From: Clostridia bacterium
GTDB taxonomy: Bacteria; Bacillota; Clostridia; TANB77; CAG-508
Reading direction: 5' to 3'
NCBI GenBank assembly: GCA_017613275.1
Contig: JAGAED010000003.1
Coordinates: 1,501 to 65,500, forward strand
Length of the DNA: 64,000 nucleotides
Shown here: piece by piece, positions 1-10,528 of the stretch
Numbering within the stretch: position 1 is the stretch's first letter
How the letters are laid out: each line of letters begins with the position of its first letter
Notes under the pieces: generated by a model
What the model saw: only the letters and a program-made list of their open reading frames with translations
Databases searched by the model: none
Told to the model about the DNA's origin: nothing
Translations under genes and position numbers: made by a program

Positions 1-12
1 AAAAGCAATTTT

Positions 13-384
13 TTGCATAATGAATATTTGGAAATTTGCAAAATGAACAGAGATGAGAAGAAAAAGGGAATAAGAAAATTTCGAAAGTATCATGAAAGAA
101 ATTTAAAAAAGATTGGTTATATTTTGCCTAAAAAATGGGTAGAAAACGTTGATATTTCTCAAGTAAAATGCCGGCCTCCAGGTTTGGATTTGAGAGGAAA
201 AAAATATCATAGAATTGTGGCTTTTTGGGAAGAACATCACAAGCTTCCAAAACCTATAGTTCTTGATAAAAACAATGTTTTAATTGATGGGTATAATATA
301 ATTATCTTTGCTCGGGATTTTAATATTAAAACAATACCAGCTATTAAACTTGAAAATGTCGTAGTTGTAAATTCGGAATTTTAA
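13..384 (+). CDS. hypothetical protein, weak ParB/Srx-like N-terminal domain resemblance
   Basis: 123-aa ORF (TTG start, alternative ATG at 43). The segment VLIDGYNIIIFARDFNIKTIPAIKL weakly resembles a ParB-N fold. Confidence 0.35.
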   Translation: MHNEYLEICKMNRDEKKKGIRKFRKYHERNLKKIGYILPKKWVENVDISQVKCRPPGLDLRGKKYHRIVAFWEEHHKLPKPIVLDKNNVLIDGYNIIIFARDFNIKTIPAIKLENVVVVNSEF

Positions 385-491
385 GAGGAGCAAATGCTCC
401 TCTTTTTTAATGCATATATATTCGTAGCGGAGTACCAAAGTGCTCCATAAAGAAAATCTTTGATTTTTACACAATAAAGGTATGGCTAGAG

Positions 492-935
492 TTATAGGTA
501 TTTCTTCAAAGTCTCAACACTATCTTCTTGCATAACAACAAAGTCATTTAAAATTTGTTCAACATCTGGTTCAATGTCATGGTGCTGGTTTAAAAGTCTA
601 CGACCTTCGATAATTCCCATATTTGTACCTTGCATAAGTAATTCTGATATTTTAGAATTACTTTGATCTGACATAGTTTTCATTTGAATTCCAGACCAGG
701 TCATCATTTTGTTCATAGTATTAGTTTCGTGTGGTTCTTTATCGCTATAATTATCATATAATCTACAAACTCTATTATGAATCTCTTTGTATTTATTATA
801 TTCAACATCTAAAACTTTCTTAAAAGTTTCATCTCCAACCTTGTCAGAAACATAGTGGATAGCGTCCATTCCCATAGTTGCACCTTTGTTTACTTCGTCT
901 AATATGTTTAAATTTTCATTTTCCATAATAATCAC
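492..935 (-). CDS. hypothetical four-helix-bundle (DUF2383/ferritin-like) protein
   Basis: 147-aa ORF on the minus strand with a helical, repeat-of-two pattern. The family assignment is from memory only. Confidence 0.4.
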   Translation of the reverse strand: MIIMENENLNILDEVNKGATMGMDAIHYVSDKVGDETFKKVLDVEYNKYKEIHNRVCRLYDNYSDKEPHETNTMNKMMTWSGIQMKTMSDQSNSKISELLMQGTNMGIIEGRRLLNQHHDIEPDVEQILNDFVVMQEDSVETLKKYL

Positions 936-995
936 ATTCCTTTCGGAATTATTATTTCCATTTATTTGTAAAAATATACTTTGAATTTGGAGAGA

Positions 996-1079
996 CTTTC
1001 AGTTAACATTTTGGGACACTTACAAAAAGTAAGGACATGTCTTTACTTTTTGTAAGTGTCCCAAAATGTTAACTGAAAG
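996..1079. repeat. 84-bp near-perfect palindrome with two inverted copies of the TTTTGGGACACT repeat unit
   Basis: The 42-nt arms are complementary except for one G.T position, with the centre at 1037/1038. Confidence 0.9.
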
Positions 1080-1095
1080 GGGCACAAAAAACATC

Positions 1096-1126
1096 AAAAA
1101 AAGTCGCATTTTGTTGCGACTTTTTA
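1096..1126. terminator. bidirectional rho-independent terminator-like hairpin
   Basis: A-run, GTCGCA / TGCGAC stem, then T-run. Confidence 0.5.
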
Positions 1127-1324
1127 CCCACATAATCTTAAGTTATTTTAACATATTTTTTTTCATTTGTCAAATTCCTAAAATGCTAAAATAGTGAGAA
1201 AAAATTAGAAAAAATGAGTTTAATAAATATAGCATATAATTAAAAATTTTTTTTAGTGTATTATTTATTTGCAAGTGTAAATACTATATGCTAAAATATG
1301 AATAACAATTAAATAAGTTATCAA

Positions 1325-1517
1325 TTTTCCCTGCATAGTGCGTATTGACAGAATTTTTAGAACCTACAAGTTATAAGAGGGACCGAATCTCTGAATATGG
1401 CGTGCATGCTCACCAAATATGATGTGAGAAGCCCATGAGTATTTAGGTAGGAACCCACCTGTTTTTAGGAGCAGGTCCTTAAAAATTCAAAGCATCTACG
1501 GCTACGGCGGGGTTTTT
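1325..1517 (+). ncRNA. ssrS: 6S RNA (ssrS)-like
   Basis: About 190 nt with no ORF. The closing stem is CCCUGC(1329-1334)/GCGGGG(1507-1512) followed by a U-run. An internal GCAUGCUCACC...GUGAGAAGCC hairpin and GGAACCCACCUG resemble the conserved 6S central-bubble flanks as I recall them from E. coli and B. subtilis. Confidence 0.7.
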
Positions 1518-1677
1518 ATAATTTTTTTAAAATCTCAATTTTTATTGGGATTTTTTGCGTGTTCGCTTGTTTTTTTTATATGAATTTTATATAATACTTT
1601 TAGATAAAAGAAGCTGAGAGTGTGGTAATCGTTAATCTTACGAAGATAAGAGACGTAAACAAAGGGTAGGTGATAAT

Positions 1678-2526
1678 ATGTTGATTAAAGATGCACTAGC
1701 AAAAGGGACGGTAATGCTAAAAGGAGAAAATTTAGATAGTCCAAAAATGAAAGCTAGAATATTGTTGCAAGATGTTTTGAATAAGCCAAGGCAATATTTG
1801 ATTGTTCATGACATGGAAAAAATAACTCCAGAGCAGGAGAAAAGATATTTTGAAAACATTGAAAAAGTTAAAAGAGGTACGCCAATAGAACATATTACAC
1901 ACATAAAAGAATTTATGAAAATGAATTTCTTTGTGAATGAAAATGTACTTATTCCAAGGCAAGATACGGAAATATTAGTAGAAGAAGTTATAAAAATTGC
2001 CAAAAGAATAAATGCTAAAAAAATATTAGATTTATGCACAGGTAGTGGAGCAATAGCGGTTTCACTTGCTAAATATATAGAAAATTCTGAAATAACTGCA
2101 ACAGATATAAGTGCAGATGCTCTTAGGGTTGCAAAAAAGAATGCAACTATAAACGGGGGAGAAAATCAGATAACATTTGTTGAGTCTAATTTATTTGAAA
2201 ACATAATTAAAGAAAAATATGACATGATAGTTTCTAACCCACCATATATAAGAAAAGATGTTATAAAAAAATTAGATAAAGAAGTTCAAAAAGAGCCACT
2301 TATAGCACTAGATGGCGGATATGATGGATTGGACTTTTACAGAAAAATAGCAGAAGACGCATATCAATATTTAAAATTTGGTGGATATTTATGCTTTGAA
2401 ATAGGTTATGACCAAAAAGATGATGTAATGCAAATAATAGAAGAGCAAGAAAAATATTGTAAAACATATTGTAAAAAAGATTTATTTGACAATGATAGAG
2501 TAATTGTAACAAAATTGGGAGAATAG
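1678..2526 (+). CDS. prmC: peptide chain release factor N5-glutamine methyltransferase
   Basis: 282 aa with SAM-binding LDLCTGSGAI and the NPPY motif (VSNPPYI). Confidence 0.9.
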   Translation: MLIKDALAKGTVMLKGENLDSPKMKARILLQDVLNKPRQYLIVHDMEKITPEQEKRYFENIEKVKRGTPIEHITHIKEFMKMNFFVNENVLIPRQDTEILVEEVIKIAKRINAKKILDLCTGSGAIAVSLAKYIENSEITATDISADALRVAKKNATINGGENQITFVESNLFENIIKEKYDMIVSNPPYIRKDVIKKLDKEVQKEPLIALDGGYDGLDFYRKIAEDAYQYLKFGGYLCFEIGYDQKDDVMQIIEEQEKYCKTYCKKDLFDNDRVIVTKLGE

Positions 2527-2557
2527 TACTTCTTCGAATTTTAGAAAGGAAATAAAG

Positions 2558-3424
2558 ATGTCTTTTTCTAAAGATTTAAAACAAGAACTAAGTAAATTGA
2601 ATAATTTAGCTAAAAAAGATCAGGTAAAGCAAGAATTGGTAGGTTACTTAATTTCTAGTAATACAACCATTGATAACAAGGGCAATACAAGATATGCAAC
2701 AGAAAATGAGTACAATATCAATAGATTTTCCAAGCTTTTAAGCAATATGAATATTGATTTTAAAATAGAAATAGAAGGCAAAACTTTTGCTATAAAGTTT
2801 AACCTTAAAGAAACAGAAATTGTAACAATAAAAAATTGTGAAATATTTATAAAGGAAGATGACTTGCAAGAAGAACAAAAGAAAGCATTGATTAGAGGTG
2901 TATTTTTAGGCTCTGGGTCAATAAACAATCCAGAGAATAAATATCATTTAGAAATTGTATTTTCAAACAAGCAAAATATGAATGTAGTATTGCAATACCT
3001 AGCTGAATTTGGAATAACATTTAAAACATTAAAAAGCTCAAAGAAAAAATCCATATACATAAAAGATGGGGAAGAAATAGCAAACTTTTTAGCTCTAATT
3101 GGTGCAAACAGTAGTGTTTTAAAATTTGAAGACATACGAGTTCAAAAAGAAATGAGTGGAAAAGTAAATAGACTTGTAAACTGCAAAAGTGCTAATCTAA
3201 ACAAAACATTAAATGCATCAGTTGAACAAATAAATGCAATAAAAAAACTTCAAAAAAATAAAAAATTCAATAAACTAGATGACAACTTAAAAGAAATAGC
3301 AAATCTAAGACTAGAAAATCCAGATATGCCATTATCAGAACTTGGTAAATTACTATCAAACCCTGTTGGCAAATCCGGTGTAAATTACAGGCTTAAGAAA
3401 CTCATTGATTTAGCAAATGAGTAA
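2558..3424 (+). CDS. whiA: DNA-binding protein WhiA
   Basis: 288 aa. N-terminus MSFSKDLKQELS, a LAGLIDADG-like middle region, and a C-terminal HTH (SELGKLLSNPVGKSGVNYRLKKL). Confidence 0.85.
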   Translation: MSFSKDLKQELSKLNNLAKKDQVKQELVGYLISSNTTIDNKGNTRYATENEYNINRFSKLLSNMNIDFKIEIEGKTFAIKFNLKETEIVTIKNCEIFIKEDDLQEEQKKALIRGVFLGSGSINNPENKYHLEIVFSNKQNMNVVLQYLAEFGITFKTLKSSKKKSIYIKDGEEIANFLALIGANSSVLKFEDIRVQKEMSGKVNRLVNCKSANLNKTLNASVEQINAIKKLQKNKKFNKLDDNLKEIANLRLENPDMPLSELGKLLSNPVGKSGVNYRLKKLIDLANE

Positions 3425-3434
3425 GGAGGAAACA

Positions 3435-4587
3435 ATGAAGCAATTAGGAATTTACATACATATTCCATTTTGCAAAAGTAAATGCAAATATTGTGATTTT
3501 ACTTCATTTCAAGGAATAGAAGACAAGCAAGGAAACTACATAAATTGCCTAATAAAAGAAATAGAATCAAAAAACTGGGAAGAAATAAACAAAAATTACG
3601 AAATAACAACCATATACATAGGGGGGCGGAACCCCTTCTTTTATTGACTCAAAACACATTCAGAACTTATTAAAAATTCTAAAAGAAGAAATTCAAACAA
3701 ATTTAAATGAAGAAATAGAGATAACACTAGAAGTAAACCCGGGAACTGCCAATAAGGAAAAACTATTAAGCTATAAAGAAGCGGGAGTAAACAGATTAAG
3801 CATAGGTTTGCAAAGTACAAATAATAAATTATTAAAAGAAATTGGAAGAATTCATACATATGAACAATTTTTAGAAACTTATAATTTAGCAAAAGAAGTA
3901 GGTTTTGAAAATATAAATGTAGATTTAATGTTGGCACTTCCAAACCAATCAATTCAAGATTTAAAGCAGAGTGTAGAAGATGTGATAAAACTAAATTCAA
4001 ACCATATATCAGTATATTCTTTAATATTAGAAGAAGGCACTCCATTTTATGAATTAGACCAAGAAGGAAAGCTGAATTTGCCAAGCGAAGAGCAGGAAAG
4101 ACAAATGTATTGGTATGTAAAAAATAAGTTAGAATTAGCTGGGTATAATCATTATGAAATCTCAAACTTTTCAAAATTTGGAAAAGAATCAAAACATAAT
4201 TTGAACTGCTGGAATCAAGAAGAATACTTAGGTTTCGGGTTGGCAGCACATTCATATTTCGATAACAAAAGATTTAGCAATATTTCTAATTTAGATTTAT
4301 ATATGAAAAATATAGAAGAAAATAGTCAAGAAAAAAATGTGGAAATACACGAAGACCAGAGCTTAGAAGACAAGAAAAAAGAATATATACTTTTAGGATT
4401 AAGAAAAATAGAAGGTGTATCAATTTCAAAATTCAAAGAAAAATTTGTGGATAATCCAATTTATTTATTTAAAAATCAATTATCAAAACTTGTTGAAGAG
4501 GAGTTATTAGAGATTGACGGAGACTATATAAAGCTTACAAATAAAGGGTTAGATTTAGCAAATTTGGTTTGGGAGGAATTTATATAA
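3435..4587 (+). pseudogene. hemW: radical SAM heme chaperone HemW/HemN-like, interrupted by a +1 frameshift in a G6 run
   Basis: CxxxCxxC (FCKSKCKYCDF) lies in the first frame. At GGGGGG (3621-3626) the frame breaks: IGGRNPFFY* is read instead of IGGGTPSFIDSKH. The downstream frame continues to 4587. Confidence 0.85.
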
Positions 4588-4638
4588 AAACTTTAATAAT
4601 ATTTATATGAATTTAACTGAAAAAATGCCGAAAACTAG

Positions 4639-4667
4639 TTGACAGATGGAAAAATTTATGTTAAAAT
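4639..4667 (+). promoter_or_regulatory. sigma-A type promoter for the rplU operon
   Basis: TTGACA (4639-4644), 17-nt spacer, TAAAAT (4662-4667). Confidence 0.6.
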
Positions 4668-4674
4668 ATCTAAT

Positions 4675-4765
4675 TGTAATCCGCTTAGTCAAGGTACATA
4701 AATACTATGAAAAAAGAGTTACCTTTATTTAAGGATTAGCGAGTATACAAATAAGGGAGGTGCAT
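4675..4765 (+). promoter_or_regulatory. possible ribosomal protein L21 leader
   Basis: About 100-nt 5' UTR between the promoter and rplU. An L21 leader is known at this position in Firmicutes. I did not verify the structure. Confidence 0.35.
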
Positions 4766-4770
4766 TTTAG

Positions 4771-5148
4771 ATGTACGCAATAATTGAAAGCTGTGGAAAG
4801 CAATACAAAGTAACAGAAGGAGATGTTGTATTTTTTGAAAAACTAGATGCAGAAGAAGGTAAAAAAGTTACTTTCGATAACGTTGTTCTAGTATCAGAAG
4901 AAGGAAAAGTACAAGTTGGAGCTCCATACGTAAAAGGTGTAAAGGTTGAAGGAAAAGTAGTTGCACATGGTAAAGGTAAAAAAATCTTAGTTTACAAGAT
5001 GAAACCTAAAAAGAACTATAGAAGAATGCAAGGACATAGACAACCATACACAAAAGTTGAAATAACTTCAATTAAAACAGCAGCTGCAAAAACAACAGCA
5101 ACAAAAGCAGCAGCAAGTGCTAAAAAAACAGAAGCTAAAGAAGCTTAA
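4771..5148 (+). CDS. rplU: 50S ribosomal protein L21 with an Ala/Lys-rich C-terminal tail
   Basis: N-terminus [14 protein letters not shown]. The tail reads [24 protein letters not shown]. Confidence 0.95.
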   Translation: MYAIIESCGKQYKVTEGDVVFFEKLDAEEGKKVTFDNVVLVSEEGKVQVGAPYVKGVKVEGKVVAHGKGKKILVYKMKPKKNYRRMQGHRQPYTKVEITSIKTAAAKTTATKAAASAKKTEAKEA

Positions 5149-5213
5149 TGTTTAGTACAAATTAGAATTTAACAAATAGTAATAAATGAAAATAACCGAA
5201 AGGAGTGAAAGTC

Positions 5214-5483
5214 ATGGCTCATAAAAAAGGTCAAGGTAGCTCTCATAATGGTAGAGAGTCAGAATCAAAACGTCTTGGTGTAAAAAGAGCAGATGGTCAA
5301 TTTGTTTTAGCTGGAAATATCTTAGTTAGACAAAGAGGAACTAAAGTACATCCTGGAACTAATGTTGGTAAAGGTAGCGATGATACATTATTCGCATTAG
5401 TAGATGGAAATGTAAAATTTGAAAGAAAAGGTAGAGATAAAAAACAAGTAAGTGTTTATCCTGTAGAAGAAGCTAAGGCATAA
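5214..5483 (+). CDS. rpmA: 50S ribosomal protein L27 (no N-terminal propeptide)
   Basis: AGGAG RBS, then ATG at 5214. Starts [24 protein letters not shown]. Confidence 0.95.
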   Translation: MAHKKGQGSSHNGRESESKRLGVKRADGQFVLAGNILVRQRGTKVHPGTNVGKGSDDTLFALVDGNVKFERKGRDKKQVSVYPVEEAKA

Positions 5484-5493
5484 CATATTACAT

Positions 5494-5523
5494 AAAAAAC
5501 AGCAAGAAATTGCTGTTTTTTTG
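5494..5523 (+). terminator. rho-independent terminator
   Basis: CAGCAA/TTGCTG stem plus a T7 run. Confidence 0.7.
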
Positions 5524-5599
5524 TGTTATAGTTGTTTTTATGTTTAAAATGTAGTATAATTATAATATGTAGTATAAAATCCTAAAGGAGGAATATATT

Positions 5600-7427
<1,828 letters not shown>

Positions 7428-7449
7428 GCAAGAAAGGAAAGATGAAAAT

Positions 7450-9090
7450 ATGAAAATCACATATAAAGATAAAGTTTTGGATATTGAAAAACCAGTAATG
7501 GTAAAGGATTTATTTGCAGAAGAAATTGCAAATAGCAAATATAATGTAATGGGATGTTTGGTAAATAATGAATACCAAACATTAAATTACGAATTAAAAG
7601 AAAATGCAAAAATAGATTTTATAGATATGTCAAATAAAGAAGGAATGAAAATATATAGAAGAACACTTATATATATTTTAGGAAAAGCTTTTGGAGAGGT
7701 ATATCCAGAAGCTTTGTTAACTGTAAATTATCAATTATCACATTCAATGTTTTGCGAAGTAGATAATATGGAAGTTACAGATGAAATGATAGAGAAAATT
7801 TTTCAAAAGATGAAAGAAATAATTGAAAAAGATTTGCAAATTGAAAGAAGAGTAATGAATAGAGAAGAAGCGACAAAATTCTTTGAAGAAACAGGTACAG
7901 TAAGAGGAAGATTGCAATTAGATATTCCAGAAAATAAAGATATTGTAATGTATTTCTGTGAAGATTATTATAACTATTGTTATGGAATGTTAGCTTCAAA
8001 TACAGGAGTTGCTGAACTATTTGAGTTACAAAAATATGATGATGGGTTTTTAATTAAATATCCAAGCTCTAAAACTCCAGATGTTGTAGACGAAAAAGTA
8101 GAAAACAAAAAGTTAGCATTTTGTTTAAATGAATATGATGATTTACACAAAATTTTAAAAGTTGATGCTGTTCACAAATTAAATAGAGCAGTAAAAGAAG
8201 ACAAAATAAAAGATGTAATCATGATAGATGAAGCTTTACACGAAAAGAAAATAGCTCTAATAGCTGACGAAATTGCAAAAAGAGAAAAAGTAAAAATGAT
8301 ACTAATAGCTGGGCCTTCATCATCTGGAAAAACAACATTTGCACAAAGATTAGGAATTCAATTAAAAATAAATGGTATTAAACCAGTTACAATTTCAGTA
8401 GATAACTATTTTGTGGAAAGAGAAGACACACCAAGAGATGAAAAGGGTAACTATAATTTTGAAGATATAGAAGCAATTGATTTGGAATTATTTAATAGTC
8501 ATCTAACAAAATTATTAAATGGTGAAGAAGTTGAAATGCCAGAGTTTGACTTTAAAGTTGGAACAAAGAGATATAATGGAAAAAAACTAAAGTTGGCAGA
8601 AGATGAAGTACTTGTAATAGAAGGAATTCATTGCTTAAATGACAAATTAACAAGTAGTATTCCGAAAGAGGGAAAATTCAAAATTTATATTAGTGATTTA
8701 ACAGTTTTAAACATGGATTATTACAATAGAATTTCTTCAACAGACAATAGATTAGTAAGAAGAATAGTTAGAGATTACCAATTTAGAGGATATTCTGCAT
8801 TACATACATTAAAAACATGGCAAAGTGTAAATGATGGAGAAGAAAAAAACATATTCCCATACCAAGAAACAGCAGATGCGATGTTTAATACATCACTAAT
8901 CTATGAATTAGGTGTATTAAGAACAATTGCATTACCATTATTAGAAGAAATAAAAAACGATGAGCCAGAATATGCAGAAGCTCGCAGAATAATAAACTTC
9001 TTAAAATACATAAAAGAAATCCCAGCAGAATTCGTACCAACAAACTCATTACTAAAAGAATTCATGGGTGGAGGAGATTTTAAATACTAA
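7450..9090 (+). CDS. uridine kinase/PRK-family nucleoside kinase with an N-terminal TGS-like extension
   Basis: P-loop AGPSSSGKTTFAQRL and ISVDNYF. The likely start is the ATG at 7450, after an AAAGGAAAG RBS. Confidence 0.7.
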   Translation: MKITYKDKVLDIEKPVMVKDLFAEEIANSKYNVMGCLVNNEYQTLNYELKENAKIDFIDMSNKEGMKIYRRTLIYILGKAFGEVYPEALLTVNYQLSHSMFCEVDNMEVTDEMIEKIFQKMKEIIEKDLQIERRVMNREEATKFFEETGTVRGRLQLDIPENKDIVMYFCEDYYNYCYGMLASNTGVAELFELQKYDDGFLIKYPSSKTPDVVDEKVENKKLAFCLNEYDDLHKILKVDAVHKLNRAVKEDKIKDVIMIDEALHEKKIALIADEIAKREKVKMILIAGPSSSGKTTFAQRLGIQLKINGIKPVTISVDNYFVEREDTPRDEKGNYNFEDIEAIDLELFNSHLTKLLNGEEVEMPEFDFKVGTKRYNGKKLKLAEDEVLVIEGIHCLNDKLTSSIPKEGKFKIYISDLTVLNMDYYNRISSTDNRLVRRIVRDYQFRGYSALHTLKTWQSVNDGEEKNIFPYQETADAMFNTSLIYELGVLRTIALPLLEEIKNDEPEYAEARRIINFLKYIKEIPAEFVPTNSLLKEFMGGGDFKY

Positions 9091-9154
9091 ACTTTTTGGG
9101 ACACTTTCAAAAAGTCACCTGGTTTTTGGGGACACTCCCTAAAAACCAGGTTTT
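9091..9154. repeat. two tandem GGGACAC-repeat hairpins; the second acts as a terminator
   Basis: ACTTTTTGGGACACTTTCAAAAAGT followed by ACCTGGTTTTTGGGGACACTCCCTAAAAACCAGGTTTT. Confidence 0.85.
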
Positions 9155-9169
9155 ATATAGGAGAAGAAA

Positions 9170-9487
9170 ATGTTAGAAAATAGTAGATTTACAGAGATAG
9201 ATGAAGAATTTATTTGTGAAAATTGTGGAAAAAAAGTGCAACCACTTGGATATTCTTGCCGAAATCATTGTCCATATTGTTTACACTCAAAACATGTAGA
9301 TAAAAATCCAGGAGACAGGGCGGAAACTTGCCATGGAGATCTAGAGCCGGTTAGCTTAGAAATAGACAGCAAAAAGGGTTATGTAATAGTTTTTAAGTGT
9401 AAAAAATGTGGTGACATAAGGAAAAACAAGGCAGCAAAAGATGATAATATGGATCTAATTATAGAATTAAGTAGTAAGCAAATATAG
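9170..9487 (+). CDS. RNHCP domain-containing protein
   Basis: The literal motif CRNHCPYCLHSKH plus additional CxxC pairs. Confidence 0.75.
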   Translation: MLENSRFTEIDEEFICENCGKKVQPLGYSCRNHCPYCLHSKHVDKNPGDRAETCHGDLEPVSLEIDSKKGYVIVFKCKKCGDIRKNKAAKDDNMDLIIELSSKQI

Positions 9488-9637
9488 TTAAAAAATTTAC
9501 AGCCTATTTATATTGTGAATAAAAGATATAAGAATAGGCTGTGAATTATAATATAATTGGAAAAATTTTAAAAATTTTAGAAAAAGTATTGACAAGTGGT
9601 AAAAAATCTTGTATACTAGTTCTTGTCGAAAGGACAT

Positions 9638-9713
9638 GGTCGCTTAGCTCAGCTGGTAGAGCATCTGCCTTACAAGCAGGGGGTCATAGGTTCGAGCCCT
9701 ATAGCGACCACCA
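9638..9713 (+). tRNA. tRNA-Val (anticodon TAC)
   Basis: Cloverleaf read by hand. Anticodon loop CTTACAA, encoded CCA. A TTGACA/TATACT promoter lies at 9589-9617. Confidence 0.9.
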
Positions 9714-9743
9714 TTTATTTAATAACATGGCAATATTTAATAT

Positions 9744-9820
9744 GGCCCGGTAGTTCAGTTGGTTAGAACGCTAGCCTGTCACGCTAGAGGTCGACGGTTC
9801 GAGCCCGTTCCGGGTCGCCA
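9744..9820 (+). tRNA. tRNA-Asp (anticodon GTC)
   Basis: Anticodon loop CTGTCAC, T-loop GTTCGAGC, encoded CCA. Confidence 0.9.
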
Positions 9821-9833
9821 TTTTTTTATATAA

Positions 9834-9909
9834 GCCTCGATAGCTCAGTTGGTAGAGCAAGGGACTGAAAATCCCTGTGTCAGTGGTTCGATTCCACTTC
9901 GAGGCACCA
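9834..9909 (+). tRNA. tRNA-Phe (anticodon GAA)
   Basis: Anticodon loop CTGAAAA, T-arm AGTGGTTCGATTCCACT, encoded CCA. Confidence 0.9.
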
Positions 9910-9913
9910 AACC

Positions 9914-9939
9914 AAAAACCACATTTATGTGGTTTTTTT
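9914..9939 (+). terminator. terminator of the tRNA operon
   Basis: AACCACAT/ATGTGGTT stem plus a T7 run. Confidence 0.75.
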
Positions 9940-9966
9940 GTTTGGATTGGCTTGTTGGAATCGAAA

Positions 9967-10035
9967 GGCGGAATAAGAAAACATTCCACTGGAATGTTTT
10001 CCCGCCGTGGCTCGCCGATTCCACTTCGAGGCACC
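9967..10035 (+). repeat. strong hairpin plus a degenerate T-arm and an exact 20-bp copy of the tRNA-Phe 3' end (att-like scar)
   Basis: CGATTCCACTTCGAGGCACC occurs at 9889-9908 and again at 10016-10035. The hairpin GGCGG..AAAACATTCCA-C-TGGAATGTTTT..CCGCC is at 9967-10006. Confidence 0.8.
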
Positions 10036-10185
10036 GGTTAAAGTAATATTTAGTACTGCTGTATGTATTACAAATATTACAAAAATATTACAAATTTATT
10101 TTTTGTAGTATATATCTTTTTTTTTGAAAAGAAGTATAGTAAAATAATATTGGAATTTTTATAATATTATAAGAGAGGTGAGATT

Positions 10186-10512
10186 ATGTATAATAGTAAT
10201 TTGCCCGAAGTGAAAAGAGAAGGTATTTTTATAAAAATAAAAAATTGGTTTAGGAGAATTTTTAAAGAAAGTAAAAGTAAGGAAACAACAGATATTGATA
10301 TTGATAAATATGAGCAAGAAATAAGAAATGAATTTAAAAATAATATACAGGTTAAAGATGAGAATGCAGTAATTCTTATGAGAAAATTTGAAGCAAATAA
10401 AATAAATATATCAGATTTAACAGATATCGAATTAGACAAGTTAATAGCTTTATATAAAGAAAAAATATCCGAAAAAAAGGAAAGATTAAAGCTTACAAAG
10501 GTAAATTTGTAA
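10186..10512 (+). CDS. hypothetical coiled-coil protein
   Basis: 108-aa ORF with a GAGAGGTGAG RBS. Confidence 0.55.
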   Translation: MYNSNLPEVKREGIFIKIKNWFRRIFKESKSKETTDIDIDKYEQEIRNEFKNNIQVKDENAVILMRKFEANKINISDLTDIELDKLIALYKEKISEKKERLKLTKVNL

Positions 10513-10528
10513 GAAATGGAGGATTATA

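Noticed and set aside
9541-10046. Three track ORFs (9541-9753, 9771-10034, 9849-10046) across the tRNA cluster.
   Set aside because: They are read through tRNA-Val, tRNA-Asp and tRNA-Phe and the tRNA-Phe fragment. The RNA genes explain the open frames.
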